A DNA stretch of 64,000 nt, taken from NCBI RefSeq assembly GCF_006345805.1, contig NC_043002.1:56110001-56174000 (forward strand). The letters are read 5' to 3'. Positions 38,245 through 51,614 of this stretch are shown piece by piece; position 1 is the stretch's first letter; every line of letters begins with the position of its first letter. The notes beneath the pieces are model-generated. The model worked only from the letters and a program-made list of their open reading frames with translations, had not been told where the DNA came from and made no database searches. A program made the position numbers and the translations under genes. The stretch is from Octopus sinensis (Eukaryota).

Positions 38245-39025
38245 AGTGGGGCGAAATGCTTAGGGGTATTTTGTCTGTCTTTACATTCTGAGTTCAAATT
38301 CCGCCAAGGTCAACTTTTCCTTTCATCATTTTGGGGTTGATAAATTAAGTACCATTTGCATACTGGGGTCAATCTAATTGACTGGCCCCCTCCCCCAAAA
38401 TTTCAGGCCTTGTGCCTAGAGTAGAAATGAATATTGAACTTGGGTTAAACAATAATGACTACAACTTTGACATATATAGAGAAAGAGAGAACAGGGAACT
38501 GTTCTTGACTATCCAATGTGCTTAGAAACAGCAGCCAAGTCTCCTTCATATTGCATCTTACTGTCACAGAAAAGGAAGGACATATTGAAATAATATAGTC
38601 TTAGATACGTTGTAACTGAACACAAGACGGATTTGAAATAATAGAACAGCTTTGATTATAAATATCCTGGACGAGAACTAACTAGGGTGTTCGTTTCCAA
38701 ACTTTGTCAAAGGAGGATGTTACATACATGAGTTGGTCTGCCTGTCTCTGTATGTGTGTCTCTCTCTCTCCCTCCCTCTTCCTCTCTATGCGTCTGTCTG
38801 TCAATATCTATCTCTGACTATATATATATATCCTTTCTACCATAGGCACAAGGCCTGAAACTTTGGGGGAGGGGGCTAGTTGATTACTTCAACCTCAGTG
38901 CATAACTGGTACTTATTTCATTGATCCCAAAAGGATGAAAGGCAAAGTCAACCTTGGCAGAATTTTAATTCAGAACGTAAGGACAGACAAAATGCTCCTA
39001 AATATTCTGCCAGCTCACCACCTTG
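38245..39025. mobile_element. Two SINE B copies in opposite orientation (+ 38245-38430; - 38833-39025)
   Basis: SINE B core on both strands. Confidence 0.7.
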
Positions 39026-40524
39026 TCTATATATGACTAGGAAACACTTGTGCTTTTGTTTGGAGAATCATCAGCAGTGACTAAACACAGTATTGAAGAC
39101 ATTGTACACAAAGTATTCAATCAGTACATGTCACCTAAAAAAGGAAAACAAAAGGAAGTGTGAATTCCTGTTTGATAATTGTAATTCTGTTATGCCCTGT
39201 TGCTTCTAGACAACTCTCTCTCTCCCTCCCTTATTGCTATCTGTCTTTCTTTTACCCAGTCTCTCTTTATTCTCCTCTCTTTCTACCTCTCCACACACTC
39301 TCTCATAATTCACAGGATATTTAAATTACTGGGAAATCCTAAAAAGTTATTTTCAGTGTTTGGGTGAGGACAAGTGACCCGAAACAGCATCAAAGAACAT
39401 TAGAGATTAAGAAAATTCCTATGAATTGCCTAATATCTATTCATCATTCCAGTCATACTCTTAAATTGTCAGACATTATTGAATGACCAGAAATGAAGTC
39501 ATTGAGCATAATTCCAAGCTTTTTGTTAATGGCTGACCTGAAAAGCAAACAAAACAAGAATAAAGCAATTTTTTTTGTTTGCTTTCGGCTTAATCTTAGC
39601 ATGTCCTAGGCAGAAACAGATTTTTATTTTTTTTTATTTTTTATAAAAGAATCTTAAAGTATTTCAGTGGCAGCTATGGCTTCGCTGAAAACAACTTTCA
39701 TAATAAATCATGAAAACATAGAATAACCATTTATGTATCAGATCTAATGTATATATACACTATCAAAAGGCATGATGCTGTGGATTTTGTCTGAGAGAAA
39801 ATCTCTTTATTGAGATGATATGTTAAAAACACAGTATATATGAGAGCAAGACAAATATCATCTCAACAGTGACTCCTGAGAATGACAGACATGTTTCAGC
39901 CTTTTGGGACCTTGTCCATGATGTGTACCCAGTTGCTACATACCTAGGTAAAATCTCTGTCCCCTCTGAATAATACATTCACTGATATTGCATAAAGCTT
40001 ACCAGGCTGAAATAAACTCATTGTATGCAACAGGAATTGACTACATACATAATGTATGTTGAGTATGAAACACAGGAGGTTACTTTAATCTAATGCTGTT
40101 TCAATTGTATATTTTATGAAAACATAGGCTAAGAACTGCTGCACTTTTTGGAGAATTCTGTGATACAGCCAAGAAGTGTCACCTTCAAGATATTGATGTG
40201 GATGAATTACATGGAGGAATATGGGACACGTGAGGCAATTATTAATATTCTTCAGCCATTAAGTTATTCAGTAAATCTGAAGCAGATGAATGTTTGAAGC
40301 TGCGCTCACACAGGATGACTTTAATTTTTTTTTTAATAATGACTTTAGGTTGGAAAAGTAACACTTACTTATGTCTGTTGATCAAAGTAGAATTCCTAAT
40401 ATGTAACAGCCATGTTAAAAAAAATCCTGGCTGATAAAAATCTCTTGGAGATGATAAATAAAGGGTATAAAGTGTATCAGCCCCTTCCTGCTTACCATAG
40501 TCCCCACTGGCCATAATATAGGAA

Positions 40525-41440
40525 TTTAGGACTGGTTGCCCTTGGGAGCTCCTATATGCCAATGACCTTATTTGTATAGCTAAATTGCACTAGAATTAGA
40601 GAAGAAATTTCAGGTGTGGAAAGAATGCTTGGAATCAAAGGGCCTTAGAGTTAATTTAGCAAAAACCAATGTACAAGTAAGCAGGAAAGCAGACAAATTA
40701 TCAATCCCTTCAGGGAAATGGCCCTACTCAATGTGTAGTAAAGTGTAGGTAGGAATTCTACGCAGTGTACTCAGTGCAAGCAATGAACACAAGAGGTGCA
40801 GTTAAATCAGAGTTAGGTTAAGTGAGAGTCTTTGTATGTGGTAGATGTGCAGGTACAATAAACACTAACAACGTACGGAAAATAGACTTCCTCAAATATC
40901 TAGGGAGATCTTTACAGGTAGTAGATACTTTCTGCTACCTAGGTGACCAAATGGGCTGTAGACGAAGTTACTCTGAAAGCATAGTTGCTAGAATAGAAAT
41001 GGCTGGACAAAGTTCAGAGAGCTCTAACCAATACTGGTAACAATAGAATTCTCCCTCAGAGTAAAAGACAGATTGTACAAAACCTGTGTATGGGCTTGTG
41101 GCTGCAGAGGACATGCAAAGGGTTGAAAGAAGTGAAGCCAGTATGCTCCACTGGATGGGCAGTGTTAATGTGCAGGTTCTACCTGCTCGTTAAATTGGGT
41201 GTAAGAGGCATCAGATGTAGTAGAGAGAAGAGACTCTGCTAGTATGGTCATGTGATGTATATGGATGAGGACAGCTGCAGAAACAAGTGCTGATCTCTGA
41301 ATGTGAAAGATATCTCTGGAAGAGGAAGACCTGGGAAGACATGGGATGAAGTGGAGAGAAATGGTCTTCAGATGCTGAGTCTGAAGACAATTGGTGATTT
41401 GCTTGAGAAAACTTGTCCAGCTAAGTAAAACCAAGGCCAT
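40525..41440 (+). mobile_element. Old RTE fragment (RT end to ORF end)
   Basis: TGCPWELLY, VFVCGRCAGTIN, tatggtcatgtg and ggaagacctgggaagacatgg, homologous to 29000-29950. Confidence 0.8.
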
Positions 41441-41527
41441 AAAAACATGTCCTTGTGTCCTTTATCTTCATGTCTCCTCTCTTCCCACACACACTCTTTC
41501 CTCCAACAAACTTTTCCCACAACACGC

Positions 41528-41585
<58 letters not shown>

Positions 41586-42082
41586 ACTATTTATTAAATA
41601 TCATCTGGGTAATAACTTCATAATGTCCATTTCAAAGCTCCTTTACTGTTATCAGCTATCATATCATATCATATAACAGGATTATCTATTTTACTGGATA
41701 TACATGTATAAATCTGTTAGTGTTCATAGAATTCATATAAAAATTTATAAAACAAGATAGAACAAACAGGCTTTAACAGCTGTTGCTGAGTTTTCCATAG
41801 CCTACTATTATATAAATAAACATGATCCAGCATTAGCTGTGTGTCCATAGAAAACAGGTGTGGAATTCAATAAAGCTTTGAATACCTATTTTCTGCTTAT
41901 TATTATTTATTCTATTAATTTGGTTCATATTCCTCACACTGGCCTATCCCAAGTTTCATGTCCTGGGTTGTACTACACTGGATAATGGAGTGGAATGTGG
42001 AACCCATCACTGAGACTAATTTTTGCTGTGTTGCACTTTACTGCGACCCTTTGTGTGTGTGTGGTATATACTATCATCGTCA

Positions 42083-42386
42083 CTGGACTATCATCTCTTC
42101 GGCCTCATGAAAGAGGGTTTGAGAGGCAAACATTATTCCAGTGACGAAGAAGTAAAAACTGTAGTGAAGAAGTGGCTCAAAGAACAACCAACAGAATTTT
42201 ATGGAGCAGGGATACATGCTCTCATTCGAAGGTGAAACATTGCTATTGAGAGAAACGGTGGCTATGTTGAGAAGTAGGGATGTTATCCACAGAGGACCAG
42301 CATCATTTTGATGTATGATACATGTTCCTGGGTTGATAATTATACCTGTCCTAAACAAAATGGCATTACTTTTTGACTCACCCGTA
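42083..42386 (+). mobile_element. mariner (DD34D-type) 3' end with TIR ending at TA
   Basis: DYHLFGLMKEGLRGKHYSSDEEVK...GGYVEK*, then cattactttttgactcacccg|TA. Confidence 0.8.
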
Positions 42387-42484
42387 TAATAAAAGTAGTG
42401 AACACAAAATGAAAGAAGACAAGGCAGGAGGGATAAGTTTTGGCAAATATTGTATTAGCTTTATGCTGAAAAGGAAGGGAAAGG

Positions 42485-42523
42485 GTTCTGACATTTTGGG
42501 TGGTAATCCTTCATCAGAGGAAC
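42485..42523 (-). ncRNA. CpG-decayed minimal type-I hammerhead motif in a Penelope-like remnant (about 42390-42570)
   Basis: GUUCCU-CUGAUGA-A-GGAUUACCACCC-AAAA-UGUC-AGAAC. Restoring two CpGs gives the canonical CCGAAACGUC. Confidence 0.55.
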
Positions 42524-43176
42524 ATTAAAAAAGTAAAGGAGTAGATTTAAAGAGAAAAAGTGGCTGGAGAGAAAAAAAAAAAAGAAACCAGTATATTATG
42601 AGGTCAATTCAATTGACCAAACTCTTCAAGGTGCTACCCTAGCTGTGCTAATGATTGAAACAAGTAAAAGAACACACACGCACACACATTCACCACATAA
42701 TATGGTGCACGGATATTTTCACATAGAGCTTGTTATTCTTTAGTTTTCTCATCTGTCACAGTTTTCACTCTGAATGAGTCACTCTTATATTTGTCAACTT
42801 CATTACTTCACATTCAAAACATCCCTGTGACCGATGATACTTCGAAACATGATATTTTTTTGACATGATGATGATAATGATGATCTACCATTTCTAATAG
42901 CATGCCATTCAATTGCACTTCACCCCCATTTACTCACAATCCTTACATTACAACGCTATAGCAGTATAGCAGACAAAATCGTGAAACTTATCCTAATTTT
43001 TTGGTACATTCAGGATTAAATGTAGCTTCTTTTTTTTTGTTCGTTCCTTTTTGGTTCTTAACAGACTTGAAATAAGAACAAAATCATCACGAACCACTCT
43101 CCACTGTAGTTTTAGGAAATCTTCTTGCTCATTTGTCTCATAAGCGTGACTTGTAAGCAATGTGAACAGAAGGTGA

Positions 43177-43221
43177 GCAGCCATTTTTGTGTTTTGTTTT
43201 TTATATTTAACGTCACATGAC
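43177..43221 (-). promoter_or_regulatory. Candidate core promoter: GTCATGTGACGT (M-box/CRE half-site), TATAAAAA and YY1-like AAAATGGCTGC
   Basis: The motifs lie in sequence order on the minus strand within unique, CpG-retaining DNA. Confidence 0.35.
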
Positions 43222-43787
43222 ATCACATGCTAAGTAAATTTTTATTTTTACTTATGTTCAAATTATTCTTTATAAGTAAAGACAGAGCAATAGTTTGATA
43301 AAACTGGTAGAGTGTCAAACAAATTGCCTTAGGATATTTGTTCCACATCTTCACATCTTAGGTTCAAATCTTATGTAAGTCACCTTTGCCTCTTGTCCAT
43401 CAGGGAACTACAAAATTAAGTACCAGTCAAGTACTGGGGTTGGTGTTATTGTTGAAACCTTTTTCCCTTAAAAACTGGTCTTGTGCCTTTTGTTGTTCAT
43501 ACAATCAGGGTCAATGAAATAAATACCAGTTATGCACTGGGGTCAATATGATTGACCAGCTCCTTCCCCAAAATTCTGGGCCTTGTACCTAGAGTAGAAA
43601 GCATTGTTATTGTTAAAGATTTGAGCAAAATGCCTTGAGGTGTATATCTGTTCTGGTTCTTTATATTCTGAGTTCAAATCCTATGAAAGTCAGCTTTGCC
43701 TTTTGTCTCTCTGGAGTCAATGAAAAAGCTCCAGTTAAGTACTGAGACTCACTATTGTCTCCCTAAAGTAGCTAGCTTTGTGTTTAA

Positions 43788-44006
43788 CCCTTTAGCATTC
43801 AGATTACTATCAAATGCAATATATATTCATTCATATTGATTTGAATAAATCACGCATTATCTTGTAGCTTTGAGATATTAATGATGAGGTTGCTTATGCC
43901 TTGAATGACATTATAGGTTAGGTGTGGGGTGGCAGATCTGGCCAGGTTTAACATCAATCCAACAGAAAATGTTGGGCTGGATATGGCCGGTTTAAATGCT
44001 ATAGGG
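43788..44006. mobile_element. piggyBac-type MITE with TTAA target duplication
   Basis: TTAA|CCCTTTAGCATT ... AATGCTATAGGG|TTAA. Confidence 0.8.
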
Positions 44007-44228
44007 TTAAGTTTAAATTATTATTATATTTCATATGTAGAAAAGCACCTAAAAGTTTTTTTGTTTTTCTTTTTGCATGATTAAAAGCTTTTATGAATTT
44101 GAACAAAATTCTCCTTTTAACTCTCTCATTACCATATTTCTGCTGACATACTCTGGCTTTGTCTCAATTGATTTTGAAAACAATGAAGAATTTAGTGAAA
44201 TAACTTTGTTGTTATTAAGCTGGTGTTA

Positions 44229-45035
44229 AAGCGGCGAGCTGACAGAATCGTTAACACGCCTGGTGAAATGCTTAGCAGTATTTCATCTGCTTCTAAATTC
44301 TGAGTTCAAATTTTGCTGAGGTCAGCTTTGCCTTTCATCCTTTCGGGGTTGATAAATTAAGTACCAGTCAAGTACTGGGGTTGATGTGATCAACTAGTAC
44401 CCTTCCCCCCTCAAATTTCAGGCCATGTGCTATAGCAGATAGGATTATAAAGCTGGTGTTAAGGCAACGAGCTGCCAGAATCAGAATTGTTAGCACGCCA
44501 GGCAAAATGCTTAACCGTATTTCATCTGCCACTATGTTCATCATCATCATTATCATCGTTTAACATCCATTTTCCATGCTGGCATGGGTTGGACGGTTCA
44601 ACCGGGATCTGGGAAGCCAGGATGCTGCATCAGGCTCCAGTCTGATCTGGCAGTGTTTCTACAGATGGATGCCCTTCCTAATGCTAACCACTCCGTGAGT
44701 GTAGTGGGTGCTTTTTACATGCCACCGACACAGGGGCCAGAGGAGGCTGGCAATGGCCACAATCGCTTGGTGCTTTTTACGTGCCACCAGCATGGAAGCC
44801 AGTTAAAGCAGCACTGGCATCAACCACGTTCGGGCGGTACTTTTAATATGTCACCAGCACAGGTATCACAACCACAATTTCCATTTGATTTTCATTTTGA
44901 TGTTGATGTACTTGACTCAGTAGGTCTCCTCAAGCACAGTAGGTCACCCTAAGATCCAAAGTACTTTTGAATAGGCTGGGGCTGGTTATGCGAAACTGGT
45001 GTAGGATGCAGCTGTGAACTCACTTTATTTGTCGA
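44229..45035. mobile_element. SINE B (+ 44229-44450), SINE B head, and RTE 3' UTR/tail (- 44538-45035)
   Basis: Family motifs as above; the minus-strand RTE tail matches 54560-55035. Confidence 0.75.
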
Positions 45036-45562
45036 GTCAAGTTCAAATTCCACTGAGGTCGACTTTGCCTTTTATCCTTTTGGGGTCAATGAAATTAAGT
45101 ACCAGTTACACACTGGTCGATAAATTAAGTACCAGTCAAGTACTGGGGTTGATGTGGTCAACTAGTACCCTATCAACTAGTATGAGTGTAATATCTGGTG
45201 GGGGGAATAAGTCGTATTTATTGTTGGAGTCATTGTTTAACCCCAGGTAAACCCAAATCGAGTAGGATCACAACAAAAGGCATTCCAGCCATGACTGGGC
45301 CTCCTTTTTATATATCAAGAACTACATTCTTTACTATTTTTTTTTACTGTGGTTGGGCGTCATTTAAGAGACATTTGTCTATTGTTTCTAACAGGTCAAG
45401 TTGCCACTTTGAGATGTCCTTGTTGATTCATTATTGTTGAGGCTGTTATAGTTTCTGCAGCAGCATTGGCAGTGGCAGCAGCAGCAGTAGTGGTGTTGGT
45501 GGTGGTGGTAAGATATAGGTTTCAAGTTGTGTGATTGATGCAGTTGAAAGCCTTATATATAT

Positions 45563-45597
<35 letters not shown>

Positions 45598-46603
45598 GAC
45601 AGAGAGCTCTTCCTCTCAAGCCAAACCTTTTGTCAACATCTTCAAGTGGCACTTGAAGAGGGAGGCGAGGGGGAGAGCAGGAGATGCTGCTGTCCTTCTT
45701 CAGTAAATTTCCTGAAAAATGTCCATGAGAAGCAGAGTTGATGTAACAAAATGAGTTTGTTCTAACTTGCAGCTATAGACAGGCAGCAAGAACTGAAAGA
45801 AGGCACTATTCTTTTTTCTTTTTTTTTTGGTATTTCAAGGTATTCTTGGGTTTTGTTTGGTTTACCTTTAATAACGCTATATGGTCACCAGCCATTTTGG
45901 GGAATCCTTTCTTGTTGTTACTTTATTGTTCTTTATTTTTTTGTTATTGTTTTTTATTGCCACCACCACCAGCATCATCATCATCATCATTTAATGTCCA
46001 TCTATCGTACTGGTATGAATTGAATGGATCCTACGAATCAAGGACTGCATCTTACTCCAATTGTCAGCTTTGATGTGGTTTCTACAGCTGGATGCCTTTC
46101 CTAATGCCAACCACTTCACACTGTGAACCACTTATTCCCCCATCCATTGTTTTTCTTCTTCTTTTTTTATTTCATCTTTTAATGATTCTCAACATTTTGG
46201 GGCTTTGTGACCAATAAAAATTATTGGCAGAATTGTTAAAGCGTCAGGAAAAAGGATTAACTGCATTTCGCCTGGCTCTTTATGCTCTGAGTTCAAATTC
46301 CACCAAGTTCACTTTGTCTTTCATTCTTTTAGTTGGGGTGGGGGTCCATAAAAATAAGTATCAGTGAAATTTCCCCTATTTGTAAAAGCAAAAGATTTTA
46401 TATTTTGGCATAAAAATAAATTCAGTTTTGTCATTGAGTGATAAAAAAATATTTATGAGGTTGGCATCCGCTGTGGTGGCAGTAGGAGAAGGCTCCCACA
46501 AAAGTGATAGCAGCATTTATATCTCCCACCTACCAAAAACCAACAGATTTTTCTCAAAAATAGACAGAAAAAGGGAAAATGACAGTTACAGAGGTATGTA
46601 TAT

Positions 46604-48300
46604 TAGGGTGGAGTGAAAATGACAAATTGTGGAAATTGAAAAAGCCTTGAGACCTAAAATCTGGCTATATATTATTACTAGAAAAATGCTAAATTTTTGC
46701 TTAGATAAGTCAAGGGTATTTACTCCCTCAAATCCCACAAGCTCCGAAATTGGGAGAGTTTAATAAATTTTTTACAATAGGGCTCAAACTATGAAATTTA
46801 TGTCTATAGTCGCCCTATTCAGCATTGTTTATTATTCAATGAGAAAAAGAATGATGAAGGTTGCATGAAAATCCATTTATTTGTTCGGACGTTATGTACT
46901 TTTTTATAAACGAATGTTTGCAGTTTTAAGTGCAACATGAAGAAGTATTGCATAGGAAAAGCGATTAGAAAAAATGCTTAGAAAAAGAAATGGAAATGAA
47001 TAGTTCTGTGCGAGAAAAAGGGCAATGTTCCTCAAAAAAGGATGTCTACTGGGAAGAAAGAAATGAAAGAAAAGTAAATAAATAAATGAAAATCAATTTA
47101 CCAACATTTGCACGAGAATGTGATAGATATTGGCTGTCAGGCTGATCTGCAGCAGCTGTTGCTTCTGCCCTACTCACAGATTTAAACATAGTAACAGAAG
47201 AAGATCATGGTCAAGTAATAGACCATTCTAAAATAAGAAGAGAAAGAACCAAATACTTGCAAGAGAGAGTGTTGTTCAAAACTTAGAAGCACTCTACTTT
47301 CACGGAAGAAAAGACCAAACAAGGATTCAAGTAAAAAAGGCAACCAAATTCTATCCTCAGATCGGTTCTGAAGAACACATTGTTTTGATTGAAGAACCCA
47401 ATTCATTCTATGTTGATCATATAACCCCTGGTTCTGGTCAGTCATCAGCTATTGCATCAACGATATTATCATTCTTTGCTGAAAAAAATGTTTCGGATGA
47501 TTTAACTGTGGTTGGCTGTGATGGGATGAATGTAAATGTTAGAATCCATAATGGTGTCATTCGATCACTAGAAGAAAGTATTGAGCATCCACTCCAATGC
47601 TTAATCTGTCTCCTTTACACAAATGAATTATTGTTGAGACATTGATTCATATTTATTGACGGGTCAACATCAGGACCATCAAGCTACTCTGGAATAATTG
47701 GAAAGGAAATAAAAGAGTGTGAAAATCATCCAGTTGTCAAATTTGTTCCTATTAAGTGCTAGCATTTGTCACAAAGCCAAAACTTAGACTTGAGCAATGA
47801 CCAAAAGCTATCACTTATGCTTTTTGAGGGAGTAAGCTCTGGTATAATAAATAACGACCTGGCTCACAGAAAACCTGAACCAGTCTCTCATTCCAGATTG
47901 CTAACAACCACCATTAGAATCCTTCAATTATATATTACAAAAGCTTGTCCTTCTGATGGACTTGTAACTTTGGTAACATTTGTGATGCAAGTGGTTTGGT
48001 TTGAAATCAAAGGCACACAATCATGCAGCTTTGGATCTCTGCAGTTATTTCAAAAGATTAAGCTTTCAAGATATCTTCCAAATCAATATCAAAGGATTAT
48101 TGATAATGTCATCCAAAAAATGGGTTTTTTGCCCACCCAGAGAACATTCTTTTGAGCATGTTGTGTGATGATTGAGATCACATCTGGGAACTCACAATAA
48201 GAAGGATCATTTCATTTCAGCATTCAAAACAACATGAACGTCCCATCAGAATATTTCAAGTGCGGAAATAAACTTTTCAGCCAGAGAGTACACCGAGCTC
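46604..48300 (+). mobile_element. Degenerate hATm-type DNA transposon (left end and transposase)
   Basis: Starts TAGGGTG. Peptides DHSKIRRERTKY, VVGCDGMNVN...HNGVIRSLE...PLQCLICLLYTNELLLRH, DGSTSGP. No right end found. Confidence 0.75.
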
Positions 48301-49559
48301 ATATATATTGTACAGCTAGGAAACAGATAAGAATGGAAGTGCCAAAAACAAGAGGCTTTTATGTGCCCCAAAAAGATTAGCTAGATGCTCTGACCAATAT
48401 GTGGAATGATGTCATTTCCCTCAACTAGTTTTAGGCATCTAAAAGTGTGTACAAGATTGAGGATGAAGCAAGCCAACAGACTGAGTTAGTGAGTCATACA
48501 CTTGTCCATGGGTTGGTGTCACTATACATAGAGAGGAAGTGGAATACAAAGGTCACAGCCACAGACGTTAGTGGTGATGGTGACCCTTGGTTCATTTTCA
48601 TCTTTACAATACAGTAGAGGTAGGTGGTTAGATAACACAAAATTATTTGTGGTCAGGTGGGCTGTGCATGGATATGCAAGTCCTAATGATCTCTTGAACA
48701 CTACAAGATTATTCCAGAGTTGTAACACACAGCAAAGGCAGAAATTAAAGCTTGTGGTGCACAGCAGAAATCCCAGTTGCTATACATGTGGCAGTAACAG
48801 TCACTTGAGGCTTTTATACTCAGAAAAGTTGGAGAAGCAAAGGAAATAACAATAGCAGGCATCTGAAAAAATAATAAATTTAAGTTGTTTGTATCTATTC
48901 TATTTAGTCCTCAAAACTTATGTAGTGAGACTCCAGTTGAAATTTGAGCCATAGCTCTCAGGTTTTCCTAGTGTAGACCCATGAACTTATATATTCCATA
49001 AAAAGTAACTGTTGCCATAAAACATAACACCTACATGCATATAGCTCGACCAATCAGCACTGGCTGACTTATAAAGATTGAGGTGCCAAAACTTCAAAGG
49101 AAGTGAGTTTTCTTGCCAAATAGATTGGCTGAAAATTCTAGAAAGATGACTAAAAGCTATAAAAAGACAGGAAAATTCAACTTAACTAGAGAGCCACTGC
49201 TGTCTAATGGAATCTGTATCACTTCTCTCAACAAGTTGTTCTCCCCATCTATCAATTTTAAGTAACATGTTTATGTTGTAGTTGACAAAAGACACTAATC
49301 TTTACTTGTGGTGTTCAATCACATTCATTAATTACATGCAGTAATTAATTTCCTTGCTCTACCTTCATTTAGCAAGCGGTAGGCAGAAGGTTTCTAACAG
49401 TTAAGTTCATCAAACATTAATTCATTAATTCATTGAATGTACATTTGTATTGAATGCATGTTTGTGAATATAACAATGCAGATTAGTAAAATACATGAAA
49501 ACTCAGTCAAACTTTAGTAACGTCATAGTCAATATATGCAAGCTTGTTAACATGTAGAC

Positions 49560-49800
49560 AGAAAAATACACGATGAACCACTGCATTAAATGTGTAAGAG
49601 GAAACTAGTGAGGCATCATGTGCATGTTGAATAAAATTAAATAATTTTGAAGCCATGGGTATATTGCTCAATAGATAATGAATAAAAAGAGGACCTAGAA
49701 TGAAGCCTTGGGGAACACCATTAGAGAGAGGTAGATGGCATAATATTTGACTATTTTATTCAACAAATTGATTCAATTTGTCAGGTAAATGTGAAATATT
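49560..49800 (-). mobile_element. Highly decayed CR1/L2-group RT fragment
   Basis: Minus strand ggtgttccccaaggcttcattctaggtcctc encodes GVPQGFILGPL. Confidence 0.55.
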
Positions 49801-51199
49801 TGATGTATTTGGTAATTCCATATTATTATTAAGAAGACAGCAAGCTGGCAGAATCGTTAGCATGCCATGCAAAAATGCTTAACGGCATTTCGCCCAGCCT
49901 TACATTTTGAGTTCAAATTCTGCTGAGATCAACTTTGCCTTTCATCCTTTCAGGGTCGAGAAAATAAGTACCAGTAGAACACTGGGGTTGATGTAATTGA
50001 CTATCCTCTGCCCCAAAATTTCAGGCCTTGTGTTTCCAGTAGAAAGAATTATTATTATTATTATTATTATTGAGTGAGCAAAAGACACCAATAGAATAAG
50101 TAACAGATTTTTAAAAAACTAGCACCAAGGTTGATTTGTTCAACTAAAAGCCTTCAAAGTAGTGTCCCAGCTTGGCCATAGTCCAGAGACTGAAACAAAT
50201 AGAAGATATGTTGATAGTGGAGGCTTCTAATTGCCTAAAATTACCAAAAAAACAAAAAATTCACTCTTTGATTTAAAGGTCCATAAATTGTTTTATTATT
50301 TATTAATTTGTCATCCAAACGAATTTTATTTTTGCAGTTAGCAAGGAAAGGTACATCTATGCATAAACTTTCAAAAATATCGGGCTCTCTACATCAAACA
50401 GAAAAGACCCGACAGCAAAGGAATTTTTCTAGAAAATTTGGCTGCTATTTCTAACAGATCAAGCAAGTATGGTTGTTGTTTGTAATTGCTACTATTGTTG
50501 TTGTCGATGTTATTTATGCAGCCTCTGTTGCTATTTGCTAATTACTTGTTGTCTGTTAAACCACCTCACCATATTCATTAGCTTAATTATTATTATTATC
50601 CATAATAATAATATTGATCTGATTACACAGACGCAATAAGTGGCAGACAGTGCAAAAATTGTTGCTTTTATTGGGTTTTTCTTGTTTCATTTCAATTGTT
50701 TGTTTTCTAGAATTTATTAATTTTTTTTTGTTTTTTGTTTTTGTTTTTGTGTATTAACTATTATATTTTTTAATCCAGTCATTTAATTTGCATGTCACTC
50801 TGTTTCGCTTTATTTCTTGTATCTATCTATCTTTATCTATTTATATAAATATATATATCCCTCACTATCTCTTTCTCTCTCGCTCTCTCCGTATATAGAA
50901 AGACAGACAGACAGATAAGTAGACACGTATGTATGTGGATTTAACTTGATTTATCTGTTTATTCATTTATTGTTGGCAAAACATGAAGCTTATCTCATTC
51001 ACTTTAACCAGCTATGGTGGTTGTGTTGACAGAAACATTTGAGCGATTACATTCTGAGTTCAAATCTCACCAAGCCCAACTTTGCCATTCATCTTTCTGG
51101 GATAGATTAACTAAAGAATCAGGTAAGTTGTAAATGGAATTCTAACAGTAATAGTCTTACTCAATAACAAATATTGACATTTTATTCTTCCTTATCGAA

Positions 51200-51612
51200 A
51201 ACCTCGTGTGCAGAAGAAGGATTATAGACATATATAATAATGCAGTTTTTAAATACTTCTTTTATTTTTCAAAATTAAGATAAACAAAGTTCTTTTTTAA
51301 TCTAAAATATACTCTCCTTCATTTTCTACAATACTCTTCCATATATCTGGTAGACATGCAAGGCCCCTCTTCTAAAATTTACTTGCTTGCTACAAAAAAT
51401 GTTCCTCCAATACCGTTCTTACCCCGTCTACAGAATTAATATTTTCCCGTCCAAATGATATTGAAGACTGCAGAATAAATGACAATCAGATGGGACAATA
51501 TTTGGTGAATATGGTGGGTAGGTCATCGTTTCACATTCAAACAGCTCCAGCCTTTGGAATGCCTTCATCCTCGCTGTATGTGGCCAAGCATTATCCTGAT
51601 GGATAAAAACAA
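51200..51612 (-). mobile_element. mariner (DD34D) transposase C-terminal remnant
   Basis: HQDNAWPHTA...YPPYSPNIVPSDCHLF...ENEGEYILD*. Confidence 0.8.
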
Positions 51613-51614
51613 AA

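Noticed and set aside
42823-42860. ccgatgatacttcgaaacatg possible hammerhead
   Set aside because: The core and stem II do not fit together, and there is no valid NUH triplet.
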